Source: Bacteroidales bacterium (GTDB lineage Bacteria > Bacteroidota > Bacteroidia > Bacteroidales > UBA3663). Taken from it: 64,000 nt of DNA. The notes under the pieces are model-generated. The model was not told the origin of the DNA. It ran no database searches and worked only from the letters and a program-made list of their open reading frames with translations. Below, piece after piece: positions 1-8,383 of this stretch. Numbering within the stretch: position 1 is the first letter of the stretch; each line of letters begins with the position of its first letter. The stretch lies in contig JAFSKF010000037.1 in NCBI GenBank assembly GCA_017449065.1, positions 11,596 through 75,595 of the forward strand, written 5' to 3'. The position numbers and the translations under genes were made by a program.

Positions 1-615
1 ACCTATAAAGACCTCAATACGGCTGGTTTGTTAACTGATGAGTGGATTCCTTATGATTTTCTTGAACTCACTGCTCTTGCACAACATTATGGGATTGAAA
101 CCAGATTGCTCGACTGGACAAGTAACATTGAAACCGCCATCTATTTTGCTGTTCATAAAGAGCCAGACCTAAATGAAGAAGAAGAGAAAAAGGAGGAATC
201 GAAGTACTTGGCGATATGGTTATTGGATACCTCTGTTGAACAAAAGAGTAATTCTCTAAGGTTTATAAGACCTCCGTATAAAGGAAACCCAAATCTTGCG
301 GCACAGAAAGGCTTGTTCTCCTATTGGAAAGAGCCAGGATTTAAGTTGAAGTCCAATGTCATTGAGAACGAAGAATGGGAAGAAATACAGAAAGTCCGCA
401 TTAATAGGATGCCTCTTGATAAGCGACTGTTACATGAATTAGGTGATAATATGCAAGACAAGACCTATATGTGGAAACTGTTGATACCGAGAGAGGGAAA
501 GAAAGAACTTTATGGATATATCAGCAGAAGAGGTGTAACAGCTGCAAGTTTGTTCCCTGGGTACGCAGGCATTGTGCAGAGTATAAAAGAGGGTAAAGAG
601 ATTATGAGTGAGTGA
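1..615 (+). CDS. FRG-domain protein (5'-partial)
   Basis: Motif ALAQHYGIETRLLDWTSN..AIYFA and NPNLAAQKGLF, typical of FRG domains; frame is open back to base 1. Confidence 0.8.
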   Translation, partial: TYKDLNTAGLLTDEWIPYDFLELTALAQHYGIETRLLDWTSNIETAIYFAVHKEPDLNEEEEKKEESKYLAIWLLDTSVEQKSNSLRFIRPPYKGNPNLAAQKGLFSYWKEPGFKLKSNVIENEEWEEIQKVRINRMPLDKRLLHELGDNMQDKTYMWKLLIPREGKKELYGYISRRGVTAASLFPGYAGIVQSIKEGKEIMSE

Positions 616-780
616 AAGGGGTGAAGAGACGGGCGACTGAAAGGAGTCGGTCTCTGTGGGGAGCGAAAGGCTCTATTGGGCAACGCCCAATTGTGCCTGA
701 AGCGGGGATGCTTCGATAAACTCTGCAACCCAAAACGATGATTCGACAGGCTCATCACAAGTAAACGAAAATAACAATAT

Positions 781-813
781 AACGATGAAGATACTGATTA
801 CTGGAGTCCACGG
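781..813 (+). repeat. 33-bp direct repeat, copy 1 (copy 2 at 5936-5968)
   Basis: aacgatgaagatactgattactggagtccacgg at both sites. Confidence 0.9.
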
Positions 814-856
814 ACTACTTGTGGTTCATGGTTCTGGGTTTATGGTTAATGATTAA
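785..856 (+). pseudogene. 23-aa stub of the epimerase start (MKILITGVHG followed by unrelated heptamer-like sequence)
   Basis: Translated by hand: MKILITGVHGLLVVHGSGFMVND*; 781-813 is identical to 5936-5968. Confidence 0.7.
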
Positions 857-868
857 AATACATATAGC

Positions 869-2026
869 ATGAAGATATTGATAACAGGAGTGCATGGTTT
901 TGTAGGTAGTAACCTCGTTGAGGCACTCAAAAAAGAGCATACGATTTATGGACTTGACATAATCTCGCCTATGAAGGATGGGGTACAGAAGACTTTTTCT
1001 TGGGATGACCTCGAAAAAGTCGGTTCAAGGTTCAAGGTTCAAGATTCAAGTCCTGAAACCTGCAACGTGAAACCTGCAACGGACAGCTTGGCAGAGCTGG
1101 CCTCTGTGGATGCTATCATCCATTTGGCGGGTAAGGCGCATGACACGAAGAACCAGAGTGCGGCAGAGGTGTACTTCAAGGTGAACACGGGGCTGACGGA
1201 GAGGATTTTCGACTGGTTCCTGAAGCAACCGAAGTGCAAGAAGTTTGTGTTCTTCAGCACGGCCAAGGCTGCGGCTGATAAGGTAGATGGGGTGCTGACG
1301 GAAGATGTGGTACCGGCTCCTGTGGGACCTTATGGAGAGAGCAAAATCAAGGCAGAAGAGTATATCATCAGCAAGTTCCAAGATTCAGGTTTCAAGTTTC
1401 AGGTAGGGTCGCAAAGCTCAAAATCTGAAGAAAATCTACAAGAAAATCATTCAACATCAAGAATTAGCGAATTGGAGAATTCTATATCTCACACAGAAAG
1501 CACAGATAACACAGAAAATGCTTCGACAGGCTCAGCAACCAAGCAAGTGTATATCTTCCGTCCGTGTATGATTCATGGGCTGGGGAATAAGGGAAATCTG
1601 AATTTGCTCTATAATGTGGTTCGCAAGGGTATTCCTTGGCCGCTGGGTGCATTTGAGAACCGCAGGACGTTCACGAGTGTGGAGAATATCTGTTTTGCTG
1701 TGAATGGAGTACTGATTAAAGATGTGCCGTCGGGAATTTACAATATGGGTGATGACGAGGCACTTTCGACTAATGAGCTGATAGAAGAGATTTGCAAGTC
1801 GCTGGGTAAAAAGGCTCATATTTGGAAGTTGCCTAAGGGGATGATGACGGGATTTGCGAAGGTGGGGGATGCGTTGCATCTGCCACTGAACTCGGAGAGA
1901 TTGAGGAAATTGACGGAGAACTATATTTCATCTAATGCTAAGATTAAGGCTGCATTAGGTATTGAAAAGTTCCCTGTAAACGCACGCGAAGGGCTACAGG
2001 CAACACTAAAGTCCTTTAAAGGTTGA
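869..2026 (+). CDS. NAD-dependent epimerase/dehydratase (extended SDR) with two in-frame repeat-derived insertions
   Basis: ITGVHGFVGS Rossmann motif, IIHLAGKAH, catalytic YGESK (YxxxK); low-complexity inserts at about 1020-1095 and 1372-1540. Confidence 0.9.
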   Translation: MKILITGVHGFVGSNLVEALKKEHTIYGLDIISPMKDGVQKTFSWDDLEKVGSRFKVQDSSPETCNVKPATDSLAELASVDAIIHLAGKAHDTKNQSAAEVYFKVNTGLTERIFDWFLKQPKCKKFVFFSTAKAAADKVDGVLTEDVVPAPVGPYGESKIKAEEYIISKFQDSGFKFQVGSQSSKSEENLQENHSTSRISELENSISHTESTDNTENASTGSATKQVYIFRPCMIHGLGNKGNLNLLYNVVRKGIPWPLGAFENRRTFTSVENICFAVNGVLIKDVPSGIYNMGDDEALSTNELIEEICKSLGKKAHIWKLPKGMMTGFAKVGDALHLPLNSERLRKLTENYISSNAKIKAALGIEKFPVNAREGLQATLKSFKG

Positions 2027-2375
2027 ACACGGATTATCGTTAATTGCCCATTAATTATCAAGAATTTAATGAGAATTGAATGAATTTTTACCTAAATAGT
2101 GTTAAAAACCATAAAAGTTCGCTGTATATTGAAAATTTTTTGTACACTTGCAAAAAAATCTAATTATGGAGAGAATAAATCGTAGTGACTGCCTTCAACA
2201 GGTTTACAATTATTTGGGTAAGGGGGCTTGGATGCTTACCTTAAAACTATCAAGAAGAGATAGATTTTGAGATTTTGTTTATGGGTAGCATGGCATTTTT
2301 GTATAATAAGAGGCGCGAAATGACAATTTTCTGTTAAAATCGACAATTAATTACTTGAAATTGGAAAATAAGTTG

Positions 2376-2383
2376 TATCTTTG
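2376..2383 (+). promoter_or_regulatory. Bacteroidetes -7 promoter element upstream of the ATPase/RloB pair
   Basis: TATCTTTG matches TAnnTTTG, about 35 nt before the ATG. Confidence 0.55.
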
Positions 2384-2416
2384 CTGCGATTTTTATAACC
2401 CTAAAACAGAGTCGTT

Positions 2417-3778
2417 ATGTTGGTAAGTTTTTCATTCGGAAACTTTAAGAGCTTCAAAGAGGAGAATACTATCAGTTTTGTGGCAGAGCAGAACGAGACT
2501 GATGGCATGTATTCCGCTGAGAGTCCTTTTGAGTATTCAGTATTGAAAGCAGCGGCGGTATATGGTGCTAATGCAAGTGGAAAATCCAAGCTGTTTGAGG
2601 CATTTGACTGCATGCGTAAGCTGGTGTGCCCTCCGCGTAACAAGAAAACAATACCGGTATTTGACTTTTGGAAGACTCAGTTTGCGCCATTCCGTCTGTC
2701 TACAGCTTCAGCTGGAGCCCCCACTTTCTTCGAGGTTGTAATACTGATAGACGATATTCAATACCGCTACGGTGTTGAGTTGGATGGTAATGGAATTCTG
2801 GATGAGTGGCTTTACAGGAAGAAAGAGCGCGAGAGCCTGCTTCTTTCGAGGAAAAAACAGGATGGCAACAGTGCAGAAACAAAGGTGGGTAAGGCTTACA
2901 TAAACAGCAGGATATATGCCAATGTCATATCAGCAGGCATGCTCACACCGGATGTGCCATTGCTGACTTTGCTTGCCACATTTAATGATGAATTGTGCAA
3001 ACAGATAGTGGTGTGGTTCGGACGTACTGCCGTGATTTCTGCAAACGACATGATGATGCCTATAGAGGCTCTGATGGATGAGGGCAGCAAGCAGGAGATT
3101 ATTAACTTTATGCGCTCGTTTGACTTCAATATCGAGGACTTGGCAATGCATGAGATGAGTATTGACGATGTGCCCGACAAAATCAGGAGCATGATAAGTG
3201 ATGAAGAGACGAAAGGTCCGGTCTTTGACGGCGTGCAGACTACGCACCGTATGTATAATGAGCTATATGAGCGTGTGGGTGTGAACCAGTTTATGATGGA
3301 ACGGGATGAGTCGTTTGGCACCAACAGGCTTCTGCGACTGAGCTGGCCCATACTGAAGGCTTTGAAAGAGGGCAGGACGTTGTTTGTTGACGAAATTGAT
3401 TCGGGAATTCATCCTTTTATAGTTACTGCGATTATTAGGTTATTTTACAAGGCGGGCAACGGTGCTCAGCTGATTATCAACACTCAGAATACGTCGCTGC
3501 TGTCATGTCCGATAGGCTACGAAGAAAATGGAAAGGACAAGAAGTACCTGTTCCGCAAGGATCAGGTATATATCGTGAACAAGAACCGCTATGGTGAGTC
3601 GAACGTTTATCCGATTACCCATTTCCAGCGAAACATCAGAACCAGTATCGAGAAGATGTATTTGGACGGGCGCTTGACGGGTGTGCCATACGTAGAGCTT
3701 GACAACATTTATGATTTGATTGGCCATGGATCACAAGAAAAGGAAGAACTCTTACCAGAGGAGCGCGGGGAGGAATAG
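2417..3778 (+). CDS. AAA_21/AbiEii-type ATPase (RloA-like)
   Basis: N-terminal SFGNFKSFKE, Walker A VYGANASGKS, signature ESFGT, Walker B LFVDEIDSGIHP, C-terminal YLDGRLTGVP. Confidence 0.85.
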   Translation: MLVSFSFGNFKSFKEENTISFVAEQNETDGMYSAESPFEYSVLKAAAVYGANASGKSKLFEAFDCMRKLVCPPRNKKTIPVFDFWKTQFAPFRLSTASAGAPTFFEVVILIDDIQYRYGVELDGNGILDEWLYRKKERESLLLSRKKQDGNSAETKVGKAYINSRIYANVISAGMLTPDVPLLTLLATFNDELCKQIVVWFGRTAVISANDMMMPIEALMDEGSKQEIINFMRSFDFNIEDLAMHEMSIDDVPDKIRSMISDEETKGPVFDGVQTTHRMYNELYERVGVNQFMMERDESFGTNRLLRLSWPILKALKEGRTLFVDEIDSGIHPFIVTAIIRLFYKAGNGAQLIINTQNTSLLSCPIGYEENGKDKKYLFRKDQVYIVNKNRYGESNVYPITHFQRNIRTSIEKMYLDGRLTGVPYVELDNIYDLIGHGSQEKEELLPEERGEE

Positions 3779-4460
3779 TTCCACCAAGCAGTATATCCTC
3801 TTCGTGGAGGGAAAAAATACGGAGAAGAGCTATTTGGACCTGCTTAAGAAGTCGAATTGCAAGGTTAATCCTATAACGCGTAAAGGACACGGATTTGGTT
3901 TGTGTGTTGACTTCGTAAATGAGTCGGAGGGCAGATGGAGAAGTCTGGCTGCAGAGGAAAGGGCAAAATATGACAAGCGTTGGCTGGTTTTCGACTATGA
4001 CGGCAGGCCGGACTTTGCAGATGGCATCAAACTGGCAATCAAGAAGGGTTTCAATGTGGTATTCTCGAGTATGTGTATAGAATATTGGTTCTTGCTGCAC
4101 TTTGAAAACCATAACGGCAATCCGATACCTATGGCAGGGAAATCGCACTCTGCGGCTCAAATAGACATGATTAATAAGCACATCCGGACCTATAACAAGA
4201 GGACGGGGAACGGCATCGCTGAGTATGACGGCGGTAGTAAGACCGTGGATGAAGATTTCTTCGACCTGATGCTTGCGACAGATCCTATCACGAAGAAAAG
4301 CAGGATAGTGACTGCCTTTGAACGTGCGAAAGCGATGCATGAGACCAAAATGGCTAATGGTGCAGAATATAGTGAGTCGGTGACAAATATGTATGAACTG
4401 ATGCTTGCGCTTGGTGTGATAGAGAAGAAAAAGGGCCAGTTTGAACTTTATAGGAAATAA
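3726..4460 (+). CDS. RloB-family protein (TOPRIM-like)
   Basis: ILFVEGKNTEKSY, WLVFDYD and SSMCIEYWFLLHFE motifs; overlaps the ATPase 3' end. Confidence 0.85.
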   Translation: MDHKKRKNSYQRSAGRNSSTKQYILFVEGKNTEKSYLDLLKKSNCKVNPITRKGHGFGLCVDFVNESEGRWRSLAAEERAKYDKRWLVFDYDGRPDFADGIKLAIKKGFNVVFSSMCIEYWFLLHFENHNGNPIPMAGKSHSAAQIDMINKHIRTYNKRTGNGIAEYDGGSKTVDEDFFDLMLATDPITKKSRIVTAFERAKAMHETKMANGAEYSESVTNMYELMLALGVIEKKKGQFELYRK

Positions 4461-4548
4461 GGGCTTGTAAAGATTAATGGCTAAAACCTTGTTGAACGAA
4501 AACGAAAATCAATTTGGTTTCAAGTTTCTGATCAAGAACGAGAGATTT

Positions 4549-4722
4549 ATGGATGTAGCAGAAAGACTGAAAACATTCATGGAGGATGAAGCCCGGAGTT
4601 GTAGTATGGATTTCGGGTGTGTTACGCCAGAGTATGTTTATAGGATGTGGGGAGGAAGTGTTGCATTCGAAGAGATTGCTGATGCGATGGCATTAATTGG
4701 GTCGCCTGCTGCTCAAAATTGA
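4549..4722 (+). CDS. Small hypothetical protein (57 aa)
   Basis: ORF MDVAERLKTFMEDEARSCSMDFGCVTPEYVYRMWGG...; start 4549 preferred over 4477. Confidence 0.55.
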   Translation: MDVAERLKTFMEDEARSCSMDFGCVTPEYVYRMWGGSVAFEEIADAMALIGSPAAQN

Positions 4723-4816
4723 TACGAAATCTGACAAAATTGAGAAAAATGAGGCTATTGGAGGTGCCGGAAAACACTTTTTTGAGGATTTTTGCTGCTA
4801 TGTGGCAATAAAATCG

Positions 4817-4824
4817 TATTTTTG
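4817..4824 (+). promoter_or_regulatory. -7 promoter element for the Panacea/toxin operon
   Basis: TATTTTTG, 25 nt before the ATG. Confidence 0.5.
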
Positions 4825-4849
4825 CGGTGAAAAGATAGGAGATTGAGGT

Positions 4850-5455
4850 ATGAATGTACAGTTTGATAAGACGAAGTCACTTAATGCGTTGCTGTTCGTG
4901 GCCAACCGCGTGCAGCGCAAGGACTTTCATAAGATCTTCAAGATAATCTATTTTGCAGACCGACAGCATTTGGCAGACTGGGGGCGTCCCATCACGGGCG
5001 ACACCTACATTGCTATGGAGGCCGGGCCTGTGCCGTCGAGACTGTACGACATGCTGAAGATTGTGCGCGGTGACTCCTATCTGCCGGACAACGAAGGACT
5101 GAGCAGTTTCTTCCAGATTGAGAACTGGATGTACGTCAATCCAAAAAAAGATGCTAATTTGGATCAGTTGTCTCCCAACGAGCAGGAGATTCTTGATGCT
5201 TGCATCGCCAGGTACGCGGATCTCTCTTACGATGAAATCAAGGAGAAATCACATGATGTGGCATGGCGTTCCACAGCCCGTGACTTTGCCATCCAGTGGG
5301 ACGATATCGCACGAGAGGCTGGGCTGGATGAAACGGAAGTTGCCTGTCTGCAGGACTACAGCACGATGCATCCTTTACCTGAGCGCGATCTGACCCCCGA
5401 TGAATTGTATGACGCCATTGAAAAGGAGATAGATTACATTTACGCGCAAGACTGA
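4850..5455 (+). CDS. Panacea (DUF4065/SocA-like) antitoxin-family protein
   Basis: KIFKIIYFADRQHL..WGRPITGDTYIAMEAGPVPSRLYD and KSHDVAW motifs. Confidence 0.8.
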   Translation: MNVQFDKTKSLNALLFVANRVQRKDFHKIFKIIYFADRQHLADWGRPITGDTYIAMEAGPVPSRLYDMLKIVRGDSYLPDNEGLSSFFQIENWMYVNPKKDANLDQLSPNEQEILDACIARYADLSYDEIKEKSHDVAWRSTARDFAIQWDDIAREAGLDETEVACLQDYSTMHPLPERDLTPDELYDAIEKEIDYIYAQD

Positions 5456-5456
5456 T

Positions 5457-5756
5457 ATGGAGTACATCATCAAGCCTCGGGCTGCGAGAAAGATCTATAC
5501 CTTTTATGGCAATGTGGCCAAGAAGTACCGCCACACATACGACAAAAGCGACTATAAGAACAATGTCTATGAGGCGTTGAAAGCAATCTACCGCATTGAG
5601 AATGGTCTTTTGCGACGCAATCCGATGCTGAAACGCTGGGCAGGTTACTATATGGCTAATACAGATAAGTGGTATTTTGCTTATACCATCGAAGATGACA
5701 CAGTGACGGTTGTGGATGCGTGTCACGCACAGAATATGCACGAAGATACGTTGTGA
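5457..5756 (+). CDS. Putative RelE/ParE-superfamily toxin
   Basis: 99 aa, basic, MEYIIKPRAARKI N-terminus, WYFAYTIEDDTVTVVDACHAQN C-terminus; 1 nt after the antitoxin stop. Confidence 0.6.
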   Translation: MEYIIKPRAARKIYTFYGNVAKKYRHTYDKSDYKNNVYEALKAIYRIENGLLRRNPMLKRWAGYYMANTDKWYFAYTIEDDTVTVVDACHAQNMHEDTL

Positions 5757-5939
5757 GAGAATTATTAATTCCTTAGTTTTGGCGGGTCCAACCTCAATCT
5801 GCAGCGTTTTAATCGCACTTTTATCAGCCAAAATCTTTTCTATTTTTTTCTTATTTTTTGAATTTTAACCTGACCTATTTATGGGTTGGGGTTTGCTGTG
5901 TTGCTGTTTCCCTATTAAGAGTATAATTTTTTGAAAACG

Positions 5940-6383
5940 ATGAAGATACTGATTACTGGAGTCCACGGGTTCGTGGGCTCAAACTTGGTGGAGGCTCTGA
6001 AAAAAGAGCATATAATTTATAGACTGGATATTGTCTCACCTATGAAGGAGGGTGTCCAATCTACTTTCTCATGGGACGATCTGGACAAACCGAACGGCAT
6101 ACCGGAGGTGGATGCGATTGTCCACCTGGCGGGTAAGGCGCATGATACGAAGAACCAGGCGGCGGCAGAGGTGTACTTCAAGGTGAATACGGGGCTGACG
6201 GAGAGGATTTTCGACTGGTTCCTGAAGCAACCGAAGTGCAAGAAGTTTGTGTTCTTCAGCACGGCAAAGGCGGCTGCAGACAAGGTGGATGGGGTGCTGA
6301 CGGAGGATGTGACGCCGGCGCCTGTGGGACCTTATGGAGAGAGCAAAATCAAGGCAGAAAAATATATTTTATCAAGAATTTGA
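5940..6383 (+). pseudogene. C-terminally truncated second copy of the NAD-dependent epimerase
   Basis: Same N-terminal half as 869..2026; stops shortly after YGESK; central DNA near-identical at offset 5002. Confidence 0.8.
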
Positions 6384-6395
6384 GAATTAGAGAAT

Positions 6396-7427
6396 ATGGT
6401 TTTGACATATATTATCATAGCAGTAATACTGCTGGTGGCTGAACTGATCTATTTTAAGATAGCGGACCACTTTAACATCATCGACAAACCGAATGAGCGG
6501 TCTTCGCACTCGACGATTGTGCTGAGGGGCGGAGGCATCATTTTTGTCGTCTCGGTTATCGTATGGGTGATATGGCAAATGGGGCAGGGTGAATGGATGG
6601 CGGTTCAGGGCTACTTGCCGTTCGTTGTCGGGCTGGTGCTGATAACGGGGGTGAGCTTTATTGACGATATCCGCTCACTGCCGGACAGCCTCCGCCTTGT
6701 TATCCAATTCTCGTCAATGTTCCTCATGTTTTACAGCTGGGGGATTCTCAACTGGGATTCGTGGTGGATGATTATTCCCGGCCTTATCCTCTGCGTAGGT
6801 ATCACGAATGCGTATAATTTCATGGACGGGATCAATGGCATCAATGGAGGATATACGCTGGCGCTGCTCATGCCGCTCCTGGCTGAAAACTGCAAACTGG
6901 AAGCTGAAGGCGGGGAAGGTTTCGTGAATGAAAGCCTGATTGTCGTGGTGCTGCTGGCTGACCTGGTGTTCTGCTTCTTCAACTATCGACCCAAGGGAAG
7001 GGCGAAGTGCTTTGCGGGCGATGTGGGAAGTGTGGGGGCTGCTTTTATCGTGTTGTTCGCGCTGGGCAGGCTTATCCTCACTACGGGGGACTTTACCTAT
7101 ATTGTCTTTCTGGTGGTGTATGGCGTGGATTCGGTGCTGACGATCTGCCACAGGATTATGCTGCACGAGAATCTGGGTGAGGCACACCGGAAGCATGCCT
7201 ATCAGCTGATGGCCAATGAACTGGGACTGGAGCATATTGTGGTATCGACTATTTATATGGTGCTGCAGCTGGCGATCTCTGTGGGGATGATCCTGATTCC
7301 GGATACAGTTGCCTGGCACTGGGGATATTTCGTGTGCGCCTGCCTGGTGCTGGGAGTGGCCTACCTGCTGTTCATGAAGAAATACTACCATCTTCACGAA
7401 GAATATCTGGCATCGCTGAAGCGATAA
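6396..7427 (+). CDS. MraY/WecA-family (Glycos_transf_4) undecaprenyl-phosphate HexNAc-1-P transferase
   Basis: DKPNERSSH, RGGG, SFIDD, NAYNFMDGING and CFAGDVGS motifs; multiple TM helices. Confidence 0.9.
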   Translation: MVLTYIIIAVILLVAELIYFKIADHFNIIDKPNERSSHSTIVLRGGGIIFVVSVIVWVIWQMGQGEWMAVQGYLPFVVGLVLITGVSFIDDIRSLPDSLRLVIQFSSMFLMFYSWGILNWDSWWMIIPGLILCVGITNAYNFMDGINGINGGYTLALLMPLLAENCKLEAEGGEGFVNESLIVVVLLADLVFCFFNYRPKGRAKCFAGDVGSVGAAFIVLFALGRLILTTGDFTYIVFLVVYGVDSVLTICHRIMLHENLGEAHRKHAYQLMANELGLEHIVVSTIYMVLQLAISVGMILIPDTVAWHWGYFVCACLVLGVAYLLFMKKYYHLHEEYLASLKR

Positions 7428-7505
7428 GTTCCAAGTTCAAGGTGGAGGTCGTCATTATGTTCCTCAAAATTGCCCATTAATTATCAGGAATTTGAGAATT
7501 AGAGA

Positions 7506-7904
7506 ATGATTATTACACAACAGATATTAGACCAATTGACGGAGCAGGCGAAGGCGTCGCCCCGTCTGAGAATGAACATGGACCTGCGCAACAGTGCGGA
7601 GGACCAGAGTCAGCGGATGCTGAATGCGATAGAGCCGGGGAGTCCGCTACCCATTCACAGGCACCGGAAGAGTTCTGAGACGGTGGTGTGTCTGAGAGGC
7701 AGACTTGTGGAGGAGTTCTATGACGAGCTGGAGCGGCGCTGCACGGAGGCTATCGAACTGTCGCCCAATGGCCCCAACGTTGCGCTGAACATTCCCGCCG
7801 GACAATGGCACACGGTAAGGGTGCTGGAATCGGGTACGGTGATCATGGAGTGCAAGGACGGGGCGTATGAACCCATAGCGGAGAATGATATTCTCGCGCT
7901 ATAG
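7506..7904 (+). CDS. WbuC-family cupin-fold metalloprotein
   Basis: AKASPRLRMN, QRMLNAIEPGS.PIHRH..SSET, WHTV..LESGTVIMECKDGAY. Confidence 0.9.
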   Translation: MIITQQILDQLTEQAKASPRLRMNMDLRNSAEDQSQRMLNAIEPGSPLPIHRHRKSSETVVCLRGRLVEEFYDELERRCTEAIELSPNGPNVALNIPAGQWHTVRVLESGTVIMECKDGAYEPIAENDILAL

Positions 7905-7929
7905 TATGAGTGGATTGTCGTCAAGTATG

Positions 7930-7963
7930 AAGGGCTCGGTGCTGATTGCATCGGGCCTTTTTT
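7930..7963 (+). terminator. Rho-independent terminator after the cupin gene
   Basis: agggctcggtgc-tgatt-gcatcgggcct followed by a T run. Confidence 0.7.
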
Positions 7964-8119
7964 GAGCAAGAAATCTATCAAAATCTGAGAAAATGCGGAT
8001 AAAAACAGATATTTGGAGCGATTTTGTCAAGTTTTTAGCGTAGATTACTTGACTTTTTGTACTTTTGCACTCGAAATCGAGTGTGGTTACTCAAAAAATA
8101 TAAATGTTCAGAACGAGAT

Positions 8120-8383
8120 ATGACTCAAGATGAGATGTGGATGGCTAAGTGGCGGGAGGTGATGTCGTTTATTGAAACGAATCATCGGAATCCGTCGAAG
8201 TATGATCCTGAAGAAAGAGCAAAATTCTGCCATTGGATTAAGCACAACAAGAAACTTATGAAGGCGAATGAAATGAAGCCGGAAAGGATGGCAGCATTCA
8301 ACGAGTTGCTTGCGCTGAGCGAAAAGCACAGACGCAAGAATCAATATGACACTATTGCATCTCATTCCAAATGCCCAAGGTGA
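8120..8383 (+). CDS. Small stand-alone helicase-associated (HA)-like protein
   Basis: W..KW.EV..F...NHRNPS....W......K......ER pattern; own TActTTTG element at 8060-8067. Confidence 0.55.
   Translation: MTQDEMWMAKWREVMSFIETNHRNPSKYDPEERAKFCHWIKHNKKLMKANEMKPERMAAFNELLALSEKHRRKNQYDTIASHSKCPR

Noticed and set aside
869-6383. Diversity-generating retroelement TR/VR pair (duplicated epimerase DNA)
   Set aside because: Differences are mostly synonymous and not adenine-specific; no reverse transcriptase in the window.
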